64,000 nucleotides of DNA from Candidatus Pacearchaeota archaeon (GCA_041649295.1 JBAZNI010000001.1:394991-458990); one strand, 5' to 3'. Shown: positions 33,118 to 42,649, counted from the first letter of the stretch. The notes: generated from the sequence alone by a model not told the origin. Numbers and translations are program-made.

Positions 33118-34056
33118 TTATTTAAACCCTATTATTTCTTCAACTTCCTGGATAGTATTTGCTTTTGAAATTCTCTGCCTTAATCTTGCGCTACCTTCAA
33201 TTCCTTTTGTAAACCATATCGCCTGCTGCCGTATTTGTTTAAATCCCACCTTATATTTCTTTGCAAAATTAATATATTCTAAAAACTGAATTTTTTTGCT
33301 CTTTTGCTGATATTTCCCAGTTTTTAAAAAATCATTTATCTGTTTGAAAATATAAGGATTTCCAATTGCCCCTCTCCCAATCATTATATAATCTACTTTG
33401 CTTTCTTCTAGTCTTTTTTTAGCTATTTCCGGAGAAACAATATCCCCATTTCCAATAATTATAACATTTGAATTTTCTTTTATTTTTTTTATTGTCTGCC
33501 AGTCCGCTTTCCCGCCATAACCCTGTTCAACATTTCTCCCATGAATTGCAACAGCACAAGCTCCTGCATCTTCTGCAATTTTAACAATTTTTTCAGCAAG
33601 AGAGTTATTATTTATTCCTAATCTAATTTTTATTGTAACTGGCTTGCCAGTTATTTTTTCAACAGAAGCTATTATCTCCCTTATTTTTTCAGGATTTTTT
33701 AACAACCCGCTTCCACAGTTATTCTTAATTATTTTATAAGCAGGGCATCCGCAGTTAATATCAAAAATATCAAATTTGTTTTTTAATTTTTTAACTGCAT
33801 TTACAAAATCTTCTTTTTCAGAGCCAAAAATCTGAACTGCACTTGGAGATTCTAACTTTGAAGTTTTTAACATTTCTATTGTTTTTTTATTATTTCTGCC
33901 AATGGCAATTGCATTTACAAATTCTGTGTATGTTAATCCTGCTCCATATTTCCTGCATAATTCCCTAAAAGCAACATCTGTTACCCCTGCCATTGGAGCC
34001 AGCAATACCCTGGATTTTAATTTTGGAAATTTCATAATACAATTTACAATGTCCAA
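33118..34056 (-). CDS. dus: tRNA-dihydrouridine synthase
   Basis: LAPMAGVTD motif, FDINCGCP, TIM-barrel FMN pattern. Confidence 0.85.
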   Translation of the reverse strand: MDIVNCIMKFPKLKSRVLLAPMAGVTDVAFRELCRKYGAGLTYTEFVNAIAIGRNNKKTIEMLKTSKLESPSAVQIFGSEKEDFVNAVKKLKNKFDIFDINCGCPAYKIIKNNCGSGLLKNPEKIREIIASVEKITGKPVTIKIRLGINNNSLAEKIVKIAEDAGACAVAIHGRNVEQGYGGKADWQTIKKIKENSNVIIIGNGDIVSPEIAKKRLEESKVDYIMIGRGAIGNPYIFKQINDFLKTGKYQQKSKKIQFLEYINFAKKYKVGFKQIRQQAIWFTKGIEGSARLRQRISKANTIQEVEEIIGFK

Positions 34057-34100
34057 TTTATATAATTAAGTTATTTCAAATTTAGTGAATATTCCAAATA

Positions 34101-34322
34101 TTATTCAACAATACTATTAAGTTCGCGCAGAAGTGTTCTAATCTCTTTATCTTTTAATCCATGGCTTTTTGCACCTTGTTCAATTGTTTCTATATTTGAA
34201 ACAGAACAACCGACACAATGCATTCCAGAAACAATCATAGCTTCTGCAAGATTGTTTGCCTGTTCAGGGTATTGTTCAAATATCTCTGAAATTAAATCAT
34301 CTTTTGTTATTTTAGTAACCAT
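34101..34322 (-). CDS. DUF1858-type small redox-disulfide domain protein
   Basis: 73 aa with the MHCVGC motif and an overall DUF1858-like pattern. Confidence 0.55.
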   Translation of the reverse strand: MVTKITKDDLISEIFEQYPEQANNLAEAMIVSGMHCVGCSVSNIETIEQGAKSHGLKDKEIRTLLRELNSIVE

Positions 34323-34354
34323 CTAAATTTTTTAATTTTAAGCATTTAAATATT

Positions 34355-35584
34355 TTACGATACAATCTCTCCATAGCCAATTAATCTCCAGTGCCCGTTT
34401 ATATTCCTTGCAATTCCCACGTTATCCCCTGCAAAAACAACAACAGGGATATTAAGTTCAAGTTCAAATTCCTCATCTTTTATTTTTGACACCTTCCCTA
34501 CAGTTATAGAAGTATTTAAGCTCAACATAAGAATTTCGCTCATCTTAAGCCCCTCTGTTTTTATTTTTTCTTCAGTTCCAAAAACTTCGCCAAATAGTTT
34601 TGATTTCATTTTAATTTTATAAGTAATATCTGGAAGTTCTCCTTTTAATCCTGCTGCACACCCTGACAAATTATCTGCTTTAGTTAAATTCATATCCAAC
34701 TCTGTTTCAATTGCCAGATTTCCGCCAGGAGTTGCTTTTGTTAAAGAATTATTGCCTCTATATATTGACATTATCTTAGTAGTAACAGTTTCATATTTTT
34801 TCTGATTTTTTTCAATTACATTTAATCCAGGTTTTATCTCAATTATATCCCCTAGGTTTAATTCTCCTTTTTTTAAACTTCCTCCTAAAACCCCCCCATT
34901 TAATTTCCCTGCTTTTGTTCCTGGGCGATTAATATCAAAACTTCTAGCAATTATAAAAAGAGGTTTTGATTTTATATCTCTTTTTGGAATTTCTATCTCG
35001 CCAAGTGCTTTATAAATTTTATCTATATTAATCTTCTGCTGGGCAGAAACAGGAATTATCATAGAGTTTTCAGCTATTGTGCCTTTTACAAATGCTTTAA
35101 TCTGCTGGTAATTTTTCAATGCCTGTTCTTTAGTAACTAAATCTATTTTGTTTTGAACTATTATTATTTTTTTTATATTTTTTGCCTGCAATGCTAAAAG
35201 GTGTTCTCTTGTCTGAGGTTTAATGCCCTCATTTGCAGCTACTAATAGTATTGCAGCGTCGATTATTGCAGCTCCGGACAGCATTGTTGCCATTAGCATC
35301 TCGTGCCCTGGAACATCTATGAATGTAAGATATCTATAAGGAGCTCCTTCTTTAACTCCGTATTCATTTCCATTTTTCTTAAGAACTATGTCTGCATAAC
35401 CTAATTTGATTGTAATTCCTCTTTTAAGCTCTTCAGAGTGAACATCTGCAAACTTTCCTGTCAGCGACTGCAAAAGAGTTGTCTTGCCGTGGTCAATATG
35501 CCCAACCATACCTACATTTAACACTGGCAACTCTTCAATATTAATTTGATTATTTTCAATTTCTGTCATAGAAATTATTAGCAT
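34355..35584 (-). CDS. eif2g: translation initiation factor aIF2 gamma
   Basis: NVGMVGHIDHGKTTL, DVPGHE, NKIDL. EF-Tu-like three-domain length. Confidence 0.9.
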   Translation of the reverse strand: MLIISMTEIENNQINIEELPVLNVGMVGHIDHGKTTLLQSLTGKFADVHSEELKRGITIKLGYADIVLKKNGNEYGVKEGAPYRYLTFIDVPGHEMLMATMLSGAAIIDAAILLVAANEGIKPQTREHLLALQAKNIKKIIIVQNKIDLVTKEQALKNYQQIKAFVKGTIAENSMIIPVSAQQKINIDKIYKALGEIEIPKRDIKSKPLFIIARSFDINRPGTKAGKLNGGVLGGSLKKGELNLGDIIEIKPGLNVIEKNQKKYETVTTKIMSIYRGNNSLTKATPGGNLAIETELDMNLTKADNLSGCAAGLKGELPDITYKIKMKSKLFGEVFGTEEKIKTEGLKMSEILMLSLNTSITVGKVSKIKDEEFELELNIPVVVFAGDNVGIARNINGHWRLIGYGEIVS

Positions 35585-35606
35585 GAAGGTTTTTTAAATG
35601 TGATGT

Positions 35607-35903
35607 TTAAGCAGAATCAAGATTATATATATAGTTTGGATAGTAATATCTAATCATAATACGCTGAGCCCAGACCCTTGGAAGTATTTTTCTTTTACTA
35701 GTAACTAGTTCATCAATAATATTATTTTCATCTAATATCTTTCCAAATATCCATATGTCATTTGTTCCGGCTTTGAATGCAGGATAAGTTCCTTCAACTT
35801 CTATGAATCTTTTATTCGCTCTTTCAGCATACCAAGCCATTGCTTTAACTAATGCACTTCTAACTCTTCTTTTATCATCTGAATAAAAATTTTGATCTAC
35901 CAT
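35607..35903 (-). CDS. hypothetical protein (98 aa orphan)
   Basis: ORF only. Confidence 0.45.
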   Translation of the reverse strand: MVDQNFYSDDKRRVRSALVKAMAWYAERANKRFIEVEGTYPAFKAGTNDIWIFGKILDENNIIDELVTSKRKILPRVWAQRIMIRYYYPNYIYNLDSA

Positions 35904-35964
35904 TAATTTCCTTATAATTCGTGGTTTTTAAACGTTATATTTAAGCAGAATAAGCAAAAATCAA

Positions 35965-36165
35965 TTATCTGTATGTTTTATCCAGACTTGGAATAATTGA
36001 ACCTACTACCTGATTTTCATGACTTATAACCTCATAATCAATAGGCATATATCCAAAAACTATTCTTGCAATATTATTAACACAATCTCCAAGATATCTT
36101 CTATTTTCGGGTTTTCCAAAATGGTTGAGTTCTTTAATAATCATAGAAATTCTAGATTGTTTCAT
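35965..36165 (-). CDS. hypothetical protein (66 aa from the ATG at 36165)
   Basis: The ATG lies 1 nt after the stop of the 250-aa gene. The longer track ORF (to 36273) overlaps that gene out of frame. Confidence 0.4.
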   Translation of the reverse strand: MKQSRISMIIKELNHFGKPENRRYLGDCVNNIARIVFGYMPIDYEVISHENQVVGSIIPSLDKTYR

Positions 36166-36166
36166 T

Positions 36167-36919
36167 TTAATCAATTTTTGCAGACGTCGTGCCTTCGGCG
36201 TCGACAACAACCCCCCTGCCCCCATCGTCGGAATAACGAAGATTGTTCCAGCCCGAGTAGGCACCGCCACCACTACAAAGGCCGAACCTCGACAAACGGG
36301 AACCGCTAGTAGTATAGCTTGTTCTTTTTCCTTTTACATCTAAAATTGGAATTCCTTTGTCACTAAATCTGTTAAACTTTCCATTTGAAATAAGTTCAGG
36401 AGCATCAATAACTTCGGCATTATCTCCTAAATCATAAACTAATCCAAATTCTGAATTTGAATCTCTTCTTAGGTTTAATCCTGAAAAATAAATTACTTGG
36501 GGAGTTGGCAAAACTATATCTCTTTTTTTAAGCTGTTTTTCTAATCTGCCTGCTAATGGTTCAGTTAATTGATAAACCTTTGCTTTAGCTCTAAAACAAA
36601 CTCCTGTGTCTGTATAACAACCTCTTAAAAAATCTTGTTCTGGATTTTCTGTTAATGCACTTCCAATATCTGCCATTGTTGCAAGTTTTAATGTTTTAGG
36701 GAGAACTTTTTTTAAAAGTATATTTGCAAAAGCATTGCTTCCTGTTAAATCTCCTTCTAAATTTTCTCCAAGAACACCTAAAGAACCTCTAACACTATCT
36801 CTATAATATGCAGGCGTATCTCTTATGTATTTTTCAGCTTCTTCTTTGTAAGCTGGCAAAACTTCGCTTGCAGATAAAGTTCTGACTCTTGGAATCATTG
36901 GTGCTGACTTAATTGCCAT
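36167..36919 (-). CDS. hypothetical protein (250 aa) with a G/R-rich C-terminus
   Basis: Long ORF. C-terminus SRLSRFGLCSGGGAYSGWNNLRYSDDGGRGVVVD is encoded by a locally GC-rich stretch. Confidence 0.55.
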   Translation of the reverse strand: MAIKSAPMIPRVRTLSASEVLPAYKEEAEKYIRDTPAYYRDSVRGSLGVLGENLEGDLTGSNAFANILLKKVLPKTLKLATMADIGSALTENPEQDFLRGCYTDTGVCFRAKAKVYQLTEPLAGRLEKQLKKRDIVLPTPQVIYFSGLNLRRDSNSEFGLVYDLGDNAEVIDAPELISNGKFNRFSDKGIPILDVKGKRTSYTTSGSRLSRFGLCSGGGAYSGWNNLRYSDDGGRGVVVDAEGTTSAKID

Positions 36920-37011
36920 AGTTTTGTTAAAAAAGAGGTATTTATAAATGTTTGTATATGTAGCCCCTTTGCAGTTAATATATTTAAGACTTTTTTCTTA
37001 TTTAAACATTA

Positions 37012-37413
37012 TTATTCTGTCTTCTCTTCTTTTTTCTTGCTCTGCTCTGGGAAGATGTCGTGGAGTTTTTTAGCTCCTTGCTTTACTACCTTAATATTTA
37101 TCTGTTTTGTCTTTGCAGATATTTCATTACCTCTTACTGATTTTTTTCTTCTGAACCCTTTATGAGGAGTTTTGTGGAGAAATTTGCCTTTAGTTAAAAG
37201 AATTTTTCTTAACTGCGGGCCTTTTTCATCTGCTTTTCCAGGAAATCCTGCTTCGTCACTTGTTCCAGTTATTTCAAGTTCGTAATCATGCAAATCAGGA
37301 AGCACTTCATTGCCTTTTATTTTATCTCCGATTTTCTTTCCAATTAATTCTTCTGATTCTAATTCCATATGGAAAGTTTTTCCAGATTCTGATATATTTA
37401 TCTTAAATGCCAT
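37012..37413 (-). CDS. rps6e: ribosomal protein S6e
   Basis: MAFKINISESGKTFHMELE...GFPG...GFRRKKSVRG pattern typical of eS6. Confidence 0.85.
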   Translation of the reverse strand: MAFKINISESGKTFHMELESEELIGKKIGDKIKGNEVLPDLHDYELEITGTSDEAGFPGKADEKGPQLRKILLTKGKFLHKTPHKGFRRKKSVRGNEISAKTKQINIKVVKQGAKKLHDIFPEQSKKKEEKTE

Positions 37414-37713
37414 ACAACTTTAAATTTAGGGTATTTTTAAACATTACTAATTTTGGCTTTGGTAAAACCATTACAAAATAAAGGAGATTGCCCTTTTACA
37501 TAAAAAGAAGATAAGTTGAAATAGTCTTTTTCAGGCATAAAACAAAAATATAGAGTTTATTTTGAGCAAATCATTTAGAGCTTAAAAAAGAATTATTATT
37601 CAGATTATTTGCATATAATATCGATAGAAAGAGTATATTGTCTTTGAGGATTACAGGAATCCACCAAAGCCCAAATCAGTTAATTTTTTAAACTTGTTTT
37701 AACTGATTTAAGA

Positions 37714-38394
37714 ATGTTTAAAAAGAAATGCATTAAGTGTGGCAAAAAAATAGGCAGGAAATATGAGTTTTGCCCTTATTGTGGATTTAACTCTAATTTT
37801 AGTTATGACTCTGAAAGAGATTACGGCTTTTTGGGCAAAGAAAATTTAAACGAGCTTGGGATTAAACTCCCTCCAGGATTTAATATGCTTTTTAAGCCAT
37901 TAATGAAGGAATTAAACAAACAAATGGTGGAGCTGAATAAGGAGTTGGGTGAGGAAGATAAATTAGCAAGAAAAAATAGCAAGCCTGTTAGAACAAGTTT
38001 TAGCATACATATTGGGATGCCAGGAGCAAAACCAATAGTCCTTGAAGGAATGAATAGTAATCTTAAATTTGCCAATAGGGAAAGAACAGAATCAAAAAAT
38101 AAAAAAGTTCTAAAACTTCCAAAGATAAAATCAGAAATACTTTCAAAAGTTAAAAAATTGCCGAGGGCAGAACCGCAGACAAGTGTAAGGAGATTAGCTG
38201 ACAGAGTTATTTATGAATTAATACTTAAAGGGGTTAAATCAGAAGATAGCCTTAATATCACCGCCTTGGAAGAGGGAGTAGAAGTAAAAGCTTTTTCAGA
38301 TAAAGAAATGTTTGTTAAGACAGTTGAATCTGGATTAAAATTTGCAGATTACTCCTTTGCACCTGAAAAACTTATTCTTGAGTTTAAATTATAG
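37714..38394 (+). CDS. zinc-ribbon protein with an Hsp20/alpha-crystallin-like C-terminal domain
   Basis: CIKCGKKIGRKYEFCPYCG at the N-terminus. The C-terminal beta-rich VIYELILKGVKSEDSLNITALEEGVEVKAF resembles an ACD/CS-like fold, which is tentative. Confidence 0.45.
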   Translation: MFKKKCIKCGKKIGRKYEFCPYCGFNSNFSYDSERDYGFLGKENLNELGIKLPPGFNMLFKPLMKELNKQMVELNKELGEEDKLARKNSKPVRTSFSIHIGMPGAKPIVLEGMNSNLKFANRERTESKNKKVLKLPKIKSEILSKVKKLPRAEPQTSVRRLADRVIYELILKGVKSEDSLNITALEEGVEVKAFSDKEMFVKTVESGLKFADYSFAPEKLILEFKL

Positions 38395-38432
38395 TTCAAA
38401 AAGCTTATATCTTTTATATTCTTTAATACGCA

Positions 38433-39095
38433 ATGAATATCCCCGAAATCTCTCCAGAATTAGCTGAAGAAGCTGGTTGGCATATTGGTGATGGAAGTAT
38501 GAATTTCTATAAAAATTATGGCAAGTTAAAAGGCATTTACCAATTAAGAGGACATATCGAAGATGATAAAGAACATTATTTAATTAGGATTAAACCCTTT
38601 TTTAAATCACTCTATGGAATTGATGTTAGTCTAAGGGAAATGCCCTCAACTAGAGTTTTTGGTTTTCAAATTTGGAATAACGAGTTAGTTGAATTCAAGA
38701 AAAAATTAGGACTATCTTTAGGTAGAAAGTTAAATATTTCAATTCCTGCAGTATTTTTAAAAGATGATATTTTAGTTGCTAGTGTTCTTAGAGGTATTTT
38801 TGATACAGATGGAGGGATTTATTTAGAAAATAAGAATAATAAACTTTATCCGAGGTTGGAAATAAGGACAATTTCATTAAAACTTGCAAATCAATTACAA
38901 TATAATTTTAATAATTTGGGATTGAGGGCTACAATGCATTCAGAATTATTTAATAAAAAAGTAAATAGACAAAAAACTTATGTTATTTCAATTCGGGGCG
39001 AAGAAATGTTTCATAACTTTATTAAAACAATTAAACCTGCTAATCCCAAACATATGTCTAAATATAGAAAATTCTTGGATTCAAAAAGCTTATAA
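38433..39095 (+). CDS. free-standing LAGLIDADG homing endonuclease
   Basis: Two LAGLIDADG motifs: EEAGWHIGDGSM and VLRGIFDTDGGIY. Confidence 0.8.
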   Translation: MNIPEISPELAEEAGWHIGDGSMNFYKNYGKLKGIYQLRGHIEDDKEHYLIRIKPFFKSLYGIDVSLREMPSTRVFGFQIWNNELVEFKKKLGLSLGRKLNISIPAVFLKDDILVASVLRGIFDTDGGIYLENKNNKLYPRLEIRTISLKLANQLQYNFNNLGLRATMHSELFNKKVNRQKTYVISIRGEEMFHNFIKTIKPANPKHMSKYRKFLDSKSL

Positions 39096-39162
39096 ACAAT
39101 CGACATTTCGAATTTGTAAATGAGTCTGCTATAACAATCCTTACCTTTAAGGAACCTGTTAT

Positions 39163-39273
39163 GAGCCTGTAGCTCAGCCAGGTTAGAGCACTGCATTTTG
39201 TTGTGATGTAAAAGTTAGACAAAAGGTGATTCTGATAAGGCAGGGGTCCCCAGTTCGAATCTGGGCAGGCTCA
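39163..39273 (+). tRNA. tRNA-Ile (anticodon GAT) with a 36-nt intron at non-canonical position 30/31
   Basis: Exon 1 is 39163..39194: GAGCCTG-TA-GCTC-AGCCAGGTTA-GAGC-A-CTGC. The intron is 39195..39230. Exon 2 is 39231..39273: T-CTGATAA-GGCAG-GGGTC-CCCAG-TTCGAAT-CTGGG-CAGGCTC-A. Bulge-helix-bulge: central helix CACT/GGTG, bulges GCA and ATT, outer helix TTTTG/CAAAA. Confidence 0.75.
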
Positions 39274-39339
39274 TTTATTTTTATATGTCTATAGACTGCA
39301 CAGTGGTTGCAGGATTATAAAAACCCGCAGGTGGTTTTT

Positions 39340-39366
39340 AATCTGGGCAGGCTCATTTATTTTTAT
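39340..39366. repeat. 27-nt perfect direct repeat of the tRNA-Ile 3' end plus trailer
   Basis: aatctgggcaggctcatttatttttat is identical to 39258..39284. Confidence 0.85.
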
Positions 39367-39419
39367 TTGTTATATTTAATTACATATATGCTTAAAAACA
39401 ATAAATATTGATTTATCTT

Positions 39420-39710
39420 ATGGCTGATAGAAATTATGGACGAAGATGCACTTCTTCTACTAACTCTGTTGGTAGTTTTGAGATGAGACAGGGTATTTAT
39501 ATTACTCTAACTGAAGAGCCTTTTACTCGATACATATATTTAGATGTTCGTAAACAATTAGAAGGACATTCACATGATGCTGTGAACCATGTTATTCATG
39601 CAGGTACGAAGAGAGTTCAAATTTCTGAGTCTATGACAGTCTATGAGTTTTTTGAGTTAATAGGAAGAACTGTTGATGATGTGATGGATAATGCTAAGTT
39701 AGAGCAATAA
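39420..39710 (+). CDS. hypothetical protein (96 aa orphan)
   Basis: ORF. ATG at 39420 is preferred over the TTG at 39408. Confidence 0.45.
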   Translation: MADRNYGRRCTSSTNSVGSFEMRQGIYITLTEEPFTRYIYLDVRKQLEGHSHDAVNHVIHAGTKRVQISESMTVYEFFELIGRTVDDVMDNAKLEQ

Positions 39711-39748
39711 TACATAAGGTTTAAAAACCAATTTTTTCTTTGATATCT

Positions 39749-40270
39749 ATGACTAAAGGAATGTATCATTACATAAGAGATGCATGGAAAAAACCAGATG
39801 CTAAAACTCTTCGAGATAGAATGGTTGAATGGAGAAAGTCTGATTCTGTTGTTAAAATTGAAAAACCATTAAGATTAGATAGAGCAAGAGCATTAGGATA
39901 TAAAGCAAAAAAAGGATTTGTAGTTGCAAGAGTTAAAGTAATGAGAGGCGGGCATAAAAGAACACGTCCGGCTAAAGGAAGAAAGATAAGAAGATTAACA
40001 ATAAGAAAAAATTTATCTCTTAATTATCGTGCAATTGCAGAAGGCAGAGTTGCTAAGAAATTCAAAAATTTAGAAGTTCTCAATTCATATAATATTGGAA
40101 AAGATGGAATTTATTATTTTTTTGAAGTTATTTTAGTTGACCCTGAAAGGCCAGAAATAAAAAATGACAGGACTATGAAATGGATTTCTGATAAGAAAAA
40201 CAAAAATAGGGTTCTTAGAGGATTAACTTCTGCAGAAAAGAAGTCAAGAGGATTGAGAGTTAGAAATTAA
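39749..40270 (+). CDS. rpl15e: ribosomal protein L15e
   Basis: MTKGMYHYIRDAWKKPD...RGGHKRTRPAKGR pattern of eL15. ATG at 39749. Confidence 0.9.
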   Translation: MTKGMYHYIRDAWKKPDAKTLRDRMVEWRKSDSVVKIEKPLRLDRARALGYKAKKGFVVARVKVMRGGHKRTRPAKGRKIRRLTIRKNLSLNYRAIAEGRVAKKFKNLEVLNSYNIGKDGIYYFFEVILVDPERPEIKNDRTMKWISDKKNKNRVLRGLTSAEKKSRGLRVRN

Positions 40271-40307
40271 CCTTAGATTTAAATATCCTGATTAATTCTT
40301 TTTATAT

Positions 40308-41981
40308 ATGAGATATTCTGAATTGGTAGAGGTGTATGAATCTTTAGGTGCCACAACCAAGAGGCTTGAGAAAACTGAAATTCTTGCTAAATTTTTAAAA
40401 CAGCTTAAAAATTACAACAGCAAATGGATTTATCTTTTAAGAGGGAGAGTATTGCCTGATTACGATCCTACTGAATTTGGATTGTCAAGACAGCTGGCTA
40501 TTAAGGCAATTTCCAGAGCAACAGGAATATCAGAGGAAAAGATTGAAAGGGAATTTAATAAATTTGGAGATTTGGGAGAAGTTGCAGAGCATTTCATAAA
40601 TACAAAAAAACAATCAACTCTTTTCTCAAATAAATTAACTGTTGAAAAAGTTTTTGATAATTTTTCAAAAATACTTTATATTAAAGGAAAAGGAAGTGTT
40701 GATAAAAAACTTTTGCTTGTTTCAGAACTATTGGCATCTGCTACTGGAAAAGAAGCAAAATATATTATTAGGACTATCCTAAATGATTTAAGAATTGGAG
40801 TTGCTGATTCTACTTTAAGAGATGCGATTTCTGAAGCATTTTTTCCAGATGATAAAAAAGAAATGAATGAAAAAATAGAGCATGTTTATGATTTAGCCAA
40901 TGATTTTGCAGAAGTTTTTGATGCTGTTTCAAAAGGCAAAAAAGCGCTTGATAAAATAATTGTTGTTCCTGGCAAACCAATGAATGTAATGCTGCCAGTT
41001 AAAGTTACAGAAATTAGCGAGGCATTTAGAATTGCTGGAAAGCCTGCAGCTATTGAACACAAGTACGATGGATTTAGAGTTGTGATTTCTAAAAATAGAA
41101 ATGAAATAAAATTATTTACAAGAAAGTTAGAAGAAGTTACAAAGCAATTTCCAGATGTTGTTTCAGTGGTAAAAGAGCAGGTTCATGCAAAAGACTTCAT
41201 TCTTGATTCTGAGGTGGTGGGTTATGACCCAAAAACAAAAAAACCCCGTCCTTTTGAAGCAATTTCACAGAGGATAAAAAGAAAATATGATATTGAAAGG
41301 CTTGAAAAAGAACTTCCGGTAGAAGTCAATGTTTTTGATGTTATTTACTGCAACGGCGAGAGTTTAATAACAGAGCCGTTTAAAAAAAGAAGGGATATTC
41401 TTGAAAAAATTGTAAAAGAAAAACAAAATAAGATAAGGCATTCAAAACAGTTTGTAACAGACAGTGAGAAAAAGGCGCTTGAGTTTTATAGAAAAGCACT
41501 TGCTAGTGGAGAAGAGGGGATAATGATTAAAAATTTAGATGCTCCTTATAAGCCCGGAAGAAGAGTTGGTTTTATTGTTAAGATGAAGCCAGAATCAAAG
41601 GATTTAGATTTGGTGATTGTTGGTGCTGAACATGGAACAGGTAAGAGAGGAGGATGGCTCACAAGTTATATTGTTGCATGCAGAAACAAAGAAGGAAAAT
41701 TTTTAGAAGTTGGCAAGGTTTCTTCTGGATTAAAAGAAAAAGAAGAACAGGGAACAACCTATGCAGAAATGACTAAACTAATTAAACCTCTTATAACTGG
41801 AGAAAAAGGGCACATGGTTAATGTAAAACCAAAAATTATTGTTTCAGTCACTTATCAAAACATCCAGAAGTCACCAAGTTACTCTTCAGGTTATGCATTG
41901 AGATTTCCGAGGATAACTGCTTATCGTCCTGAAAGAAATACAAGAGACATTGCAACTTTTGATGAGATAAAAAGGCTTTAA
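40308..41981 (+). CDS. lig: ATP-dependent DNA ligase
   Basis: Adenylation motif EHKYDGFR (KxDG), EGIMIK and the length of an archaeal Lig1-type enzyme. Confidence 0.9.
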   Translation: MRYSELVEVYESLGATTKRLEKTEILAKFLKQLKNYNSKWIYLLRGRVLPDYDPTEFGLSRQLAIKAISRATGISEEKIEREFNKFGDLGEVAEHFINTKKQSTLFSNKLTVEKVFDNFSKILYIKGKGSVDKKLLLVSELLASATGKEAKYIIRTILNDLRIGVADSTLRDAISEAFFPDDKKEMNEKIEHVYDLANDFAEVFDAVSKGKKALDKIIVVPGKPMNVMLPVKVTEISEAFRIAGKPAAIEHKYDGFRVVISKNRNEIKLFTRKLEEVTKQFPDVVSVVKEQVHAKDFILDSEVVGYDPKTKKPRPFEAISQRIKRKYDIERLEKELPVEVNVFDVIYCNGESLITEPFKKRRDILEKIVKEKQNKIRHSKQFVTDSEKKALEFYRKALASGEEGIMIKNLDAPYKPGRRVGFIVKMKPESKDLDLVIVGAEHGTGKRGGWLTSYIVACRNKEGKFLEVGKVSSGLKEKEEQGTTYAEMTKLIKPLITGEKGHMVNVKPKIIVSVTYQNIQKSPSYSSGYALRFPRITAYRPERNTRDIATFDEIKRL

Positions 41982-42304
41982 TGTTGCTGTTTAACTATTT
42001 GTTCCAAAATGTAATTAGTTAAATAGTCCATTTGTGTAGAGTTAAGTGGTTTGTGGTGGCTTAGTGGTATCTCTGATGTTGTAAATGCACCCTTGGGTAT
42101 TCTTATATCTTCAGACAAAATAGTCTTAACAAAATCTATAGAATTACTAACAATAAATGTTGCTAAATCCCTTAATGTGGTAAATCTGTGATGTCCTACT
42201 CCTTCAGGATAATATGGATTACCATATCTAGCTATGCCATAAGCTGTGGTTGTGCGAGTTTTAGTACGATCTATTACTTCATATATTCTAAAATCTTCGT
42301 CCAT
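41978..42304 (-). CDS. hypothetical protein (108 aa orphan)
   Basis: ORF. R/T/H-rich and K-poor. Confidence 0.45.
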   Translation of the reverse strand: MDEDFRIYEVIDRTKTRTTTAYGIARYGNPYYPEGVGHHRFTTLRDLATFIVSNSIDFVKTILSEDIRIPKGAFTTSEIPLSHHKPLNSTQMDYLTNYILEQIVKQQH

Positions 42305-42319
42305 TTTTTTAATATTAAT

Positions 42320-42649
42320 TTATTCCAAGAAAGTGTCCACAGACCCATCAGCTCTATTAGGGTAAATACCCCATCCTGAAATTGTTGGAATATATTCGGG
42401 AAGATTTTCCCTTCTTACATGTGTGTTGGGATTTTCCCTTCTTGCAGGTGCTTCACTAACACTTGAATCTATAGAAAATAATTTATCAAAGCTAGCTTTG
42501 ATTCTTTCGACAAGTCTAATTGTCCCAGAAGTATATAGAGCATCTACCTTACGACCATCTCTAATAGAGTCTCTTCTTACTGTTTCCAGTCTTTCCAACT
42601 CGCCATCTAAATCGTTGCGATAAGCTCTTATACGTTGTTCGTAGTCCAT
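42320..42649 (-). CDS. hypothetical protein (109 aa orphan)
   Basis: ORF. R/D-rich, with CG-containing codons that are rare in neighbouring core genes. Confidence 0.45.
   Translation of the reverse strand: MDYEQRIRAYRNDLDGELERLETVRRDSIRDGRKVDALYTSGTIRLVERIKASFDKLFSIDSSVSEAPARRENPNTHVRRENLPEYIPTISGWGIYPNRADGSVDTFLE

Noticed and set aside
36180-36310. Locally GC-rich ~130-bp patch that might be a structured ncRNA (5S, SRP or sRNA).
   Set aside because: It lies in frame at the C-terminus of the 250-aa ORF and encodes a G/R-rich tail (SGGGAYSGW..DDGGRGVVVD). I could not fold it into any known RNA and no conserved RNA motifs were seen.
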